Virus record (IMG/VR): IMGVR_UViG_3300049919_000267
Coordinates: 1-38,378 of that record
Origin: a virus
Taxonomy: Duplodnaviria > Heunggongvirae > Uroviricota > Caudoviricetes
Length of the DNA stretch: 38,378 bases
Reading direction: 5' to 3' (one strand)
Of this stretch, positions 36,701 to 38,378 are shown piece by piece. Every line of letters begins with the position of its first letter. Within the stretch, counting starts at the first letter, position 1. The notes beneath the pieces are model-generated. The model saw only the letters and a list, made by a program, of their open reading frames with translations. It was not told where the DNA came from and ran no database searches. Position numbers and translations under genes: made by a program.

Positions 36701-38377
36701 ACTGGAAGTTACTTTTATTGAAGCATTCACCGTATCAGTAGCAGAACCTTTAAACTGATCAATAAATGAAGTAATAGCAAAAATGTTACTTCTGAAATTT
36801 ACAGTCAAAGATGGAATAATATTCATCTTTGCAGGATGATTTTGATTTACCCCTGTTTTACTTTCTCTGAAATAATTCTGATTTGTAATAATAGAAGGTC
36901 TTGGTGATACAGAACCATCATCTGAGAAAGTTAATTGATTTGTATCCCCCATTGTAATAACCTTAAATTCTCCTTTATTTTGAGCTGATTTAAGTTTAGT
37001 GTATTCAGATACAGCGTCAAACAAGGCTTTTTGAGTTTTTATACCAATAGCCGGGAATTCATCTACAATCAATACATCATGATCAAATTGCTTATTTTTT
37101 ATAAGTTCTTGTATAAATGTAATGACTTCTTCTACATTTTTTGGCCCTTCTTCACCAACAATAAGTGCTTTTTTAATGCCTCTGGCAGCCTCCTCTGTAA
37201 ATGCAGTAGCAATAACTTTATCTCTTGGTATACCTGAGATAATATTAAACCAGGTTCCAAGTGTTTGAGTTTTTCCTGCACCACCAGGAGCTTGTATGTA
37301 TATCCAGTTTTTAAATCCTTCTCCCCCGGTAGTTCTTCTTAAGAAAGAAGCAATATTTCTTATAAAAAATAACTGCTGGATAGAAGAGATAATCAGATTT
37401 TCATATTGATTATCTTTTTTATTAATCTTAGCTTGTACAATTTCCTTTTCTTTTTCAATTTGATCAAGTAAATTAAGTGTACTACCAAGGCTTTTATGAA
37501 GATCTTCAAGATCTTGTAAACTCTTCATAATCGGCAGAAACTCCATTAATTCTTCCTTAGAAGTATTACTATTTTCAGTAGTTCTTGACTCATCTTTTTC
37601 TACATTTCTTAATAACTTTCTGAGATTGTAATCTTCTCTAAATTTGTAAATAGGAGAACCAGGTTGATCATCCAATGTAGACTCACCTTCAGCTCCTACT
37701 TTTGTGAATGGAACTTGAGTACCTGTATTATAGAAAATAAGTTGTAATACCCCAAGAATACTATCATCAATGTTTTCAAGAATTTCTTTATAAAAAACTT
37801 CTGATTTAAGCTTTTGCATAAGAGAAGTAGTTTCTAATTTAGAAATTAATTCTCTTTTTTGTTTTTCAACTTCAGCAATAACTTTATCTTTATTACCAGA
37901 TCTTATTAACTGTTGAATAGCAGCTACTTGACCATTTACAGACCAATAAAGATCTACAATTGCTTTTTTATCTTCAGTAGTTTGGTCTTCTTTTGCTAAA
38001 AGTTTGGCAAATTCTTGCAAACTTGTCACAAATTTAGTATATATTTGGGACGAAACTGTATCCTTAATAATATCACTAAGAGATTGATTTTCAACTTCTC
38101 CTGACATACTTAAGCCAAGTTGATTTACCAGACCCCCTACTGCGTCAATCAGAAAGTCTTGGTTTTCTCTAAGTCTTGAAGAAAGCCTTTCTTTTATAAT
38201 TTCTTTAAGTTTTTTAAGAGTCTCTATTCTCTTATCAACATCTTCAATAAAACCATTAAACTCTGGAGTTGCCAGAATCATGTCAGTTTTATTTCTATCT
38301 GTAAAAATAGTCTTAAGTTGTTCTAATTCATCTAATTCTTCTTCAACTGAATCAAGTTCTTGCTTAGTTGAAAATAG
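33704..38377 (-). CDS. Giant virion cargo protein with a superfamily 1 helicase domain (5'-truncated by the window edge)
   Basis: APGGAGKT (37268-37291), LIVDEF, MGDTNQ, NFRS, TVTNSQG.SFDEV and YVATSRA. The frame stays open from the listed ATG at 38281 to the window end (LFSTKQELDSVEEELDELEQLKTIFTDRNKTD), so the true start lies outside. Confidence 0.8.
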   Translation of the reverse strand, partial: LFSTKQELDSVEEELDELEQLKTIFTDRNKTDMILATPEFNGFIEDVDKRIETLKKLKEIIKERLSSRLRENQDFLIDAVGGLVNQLGLSMSGEVENQSLSDIIKDTVSSQIYTKFVTSLQEFAKLLAKEDQTTEDKKAIVDLYWSVNGQVAAIQQLIRSGNKDKVIAEVEKQKRELISKLETTSLMQKLKSEVFYKEILENIDDSILGVLQLIFYNTGTQVPFTKVGAEGESTLDDQPGSPIYKFREDYNLRKLLRNVEKDESRTTENSNTSKEELMEFLPIMKSLQDLEDLHKSLGSTLNLLDQIEKEKEIVQAKINKKDNQYENLIISSIQQLFFIRNIASFLRRTTGGEGFKNWIYIQAPGGAGKTQTLGTWFNIISGIPRDKVIATAFTEEAARGIKKALIVGEEGPKNVEEVITFIQELIKNKQFDHDVLIVDEFPAIGIKTQKALFDAVSEYTKLKSAQNKGEFKVITMGDTNQLTFSDDGSVSPRPSIITNQNYFRESKTGVNQNHPAKMNIIPSLTVNFRSNIFAITSFIDQFKGSATDTVNASIKVTSSDKNLETKNTKGVVSINKSDFKSRLIGYLKLNTDSTRTKAIIVNESKIEEYKKLLTDNGIKIITDPNDEVTKGVYVTTVTNSQGFSFDEVFIDLENNDKTLFSGTASLNFIYNKAMYVATSRARNLIVVSNFPNFENIEDTSIDSLENKALEELQTKDTEFISNRDSEIAGAKTIMGEEYAKTVKTAAPTTAKTKAESTLDEDTSEEEDDIEKEEEDEDKTDKEEVSDVSEGEEEEGFTDERVGGEVLTTDGLEDSTSDDDFSEKAEEKTIKEAASDIINKIKDTTFTAFNKVKDDIIELLFPTGQTLKYKVSDGTFSSKIVEGYESKALKDGDKIILIPFKQSRTSKSSRNFGYAIVTPSIDSDGNVIPDTYKTVSILSDEEIDRFKEKADTRKIYDTISQNESRNKGFVAILYGDVSDKDGFTTNTGKPLSELEEGTVIHANPIKYFYKDEFKDMNQSSMNETITKFIDSFYKNHLEGFPPQERGFERKKLVDFYNNPENARIIIPTNKDVADQNPKLKIPPELRTYVRAGRPYLVFKPYHARSSMQFIALSRKFLSTSKHNEAIEPIRNFIILAKVVRSMLEKKGIDKKLGYSKSLSNMLSKLSYSYLKDPNPQGGAYKVNLVSNENNKVISKEYSFTMAEAERIYNLFSMYSQPNTEVIEAKTVKEIENLTKVKRPRNLTFEDGDTIFGVIESYDQNTKTFVVKDSKTGETSTKSGVISHTGKASVGEAQEAVDNIFNSNSHIASKFISIKGNTGFVTDRNRSGNKNADKGYKFMALLGSKTSPVAKSYNKDNTVKETYADVIDILESLFNFDAKGEIPGKTLKYVEDDTQKDIEVKFRVPVPINARNENGQLEHDYTNSPQNTSRITSTPNSRFFETNFETLLPSRVFIKFGEPSVKEKEEKSEESGQNVQENVQVTPEVPKVDVKTLSKEDILSLSFKEIRDRLTLAQTEALNIWVKLPENDFETIDRFFAEAESSHTEEQELFRDYLIECLL

Positions 38378-38378
38378 A

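Noticed and set aside
21894-37237. Plus-strand ORFs inside the giant genes (21894, 25101, 25728, 29058, 31917, 35757, 36489, 37031) and the same-strand ORF at 33940
   Set aside because: These are Ser/Leu/Phe-rich shadows of long coding sequences. The Ser-rich 35757 ORF is simply the mirror of the acidic linker.
20157-38378. Stop-codon reassignment (TAG or TGA), common in some Crassvirales
   Set aside because: ORFs of 1500-2900 aa are uninterrupted in the standard code, so there are no in-frame TAG or TGA. TGA is used as a stop at 2771 and 3523.
1-38378. CRISPR array, tRNA/rRNA genes, integrase
   Set aside because: Intergenic gaps are all under about 150 nt and show no repeat-spacer pattern, tRNA T-loop or D-loop consensus. 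No integrase motifs were seen.

Overview
An AT-rich fragment of a Crassvirales (crAss-like) phage genome, read in the standard genetic code, with a probable Bacteroidota host (TAnnTTTG-type promoters, Bacteroidota-type lipoprotein signals). There are two convergent modules that meet at an intrinsic terminator (~9092-9134). The + strand (1-9072) carries nucleotide/DNA metabolism genes: a winged-helix regulator, a PNK-like kinase, three different calcineurin-like phosphoesterases, a transglutaminase-fold protein, class II ribonucleotide reductase, RecA and an HNH nuclease. The - strand (9150-38378) carries, in transcription order: three giant virion-RNAP/ejection-protein genes (an SF1-helicase-containing protein cut by the window edge; the DFDVD RNA polymerase; a zincin plus PD-(D/E)XK protein), a lysis cassette of four membrane proteins and an M15 endolysin, and Cys-rich tail/spike genes. 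The most unusual items are a 128-nt multi-stem RNA-like element filling the gap before the endolysin, a lipoprotein metzincin protease with TSP3 repeats among the tail genes, the SF1 helicase in a cargo gene, and the kinase/phosphoesterase/transglutaminase cluster. All assignments come from reading motifs by eye; no database searches or folding programs were run.
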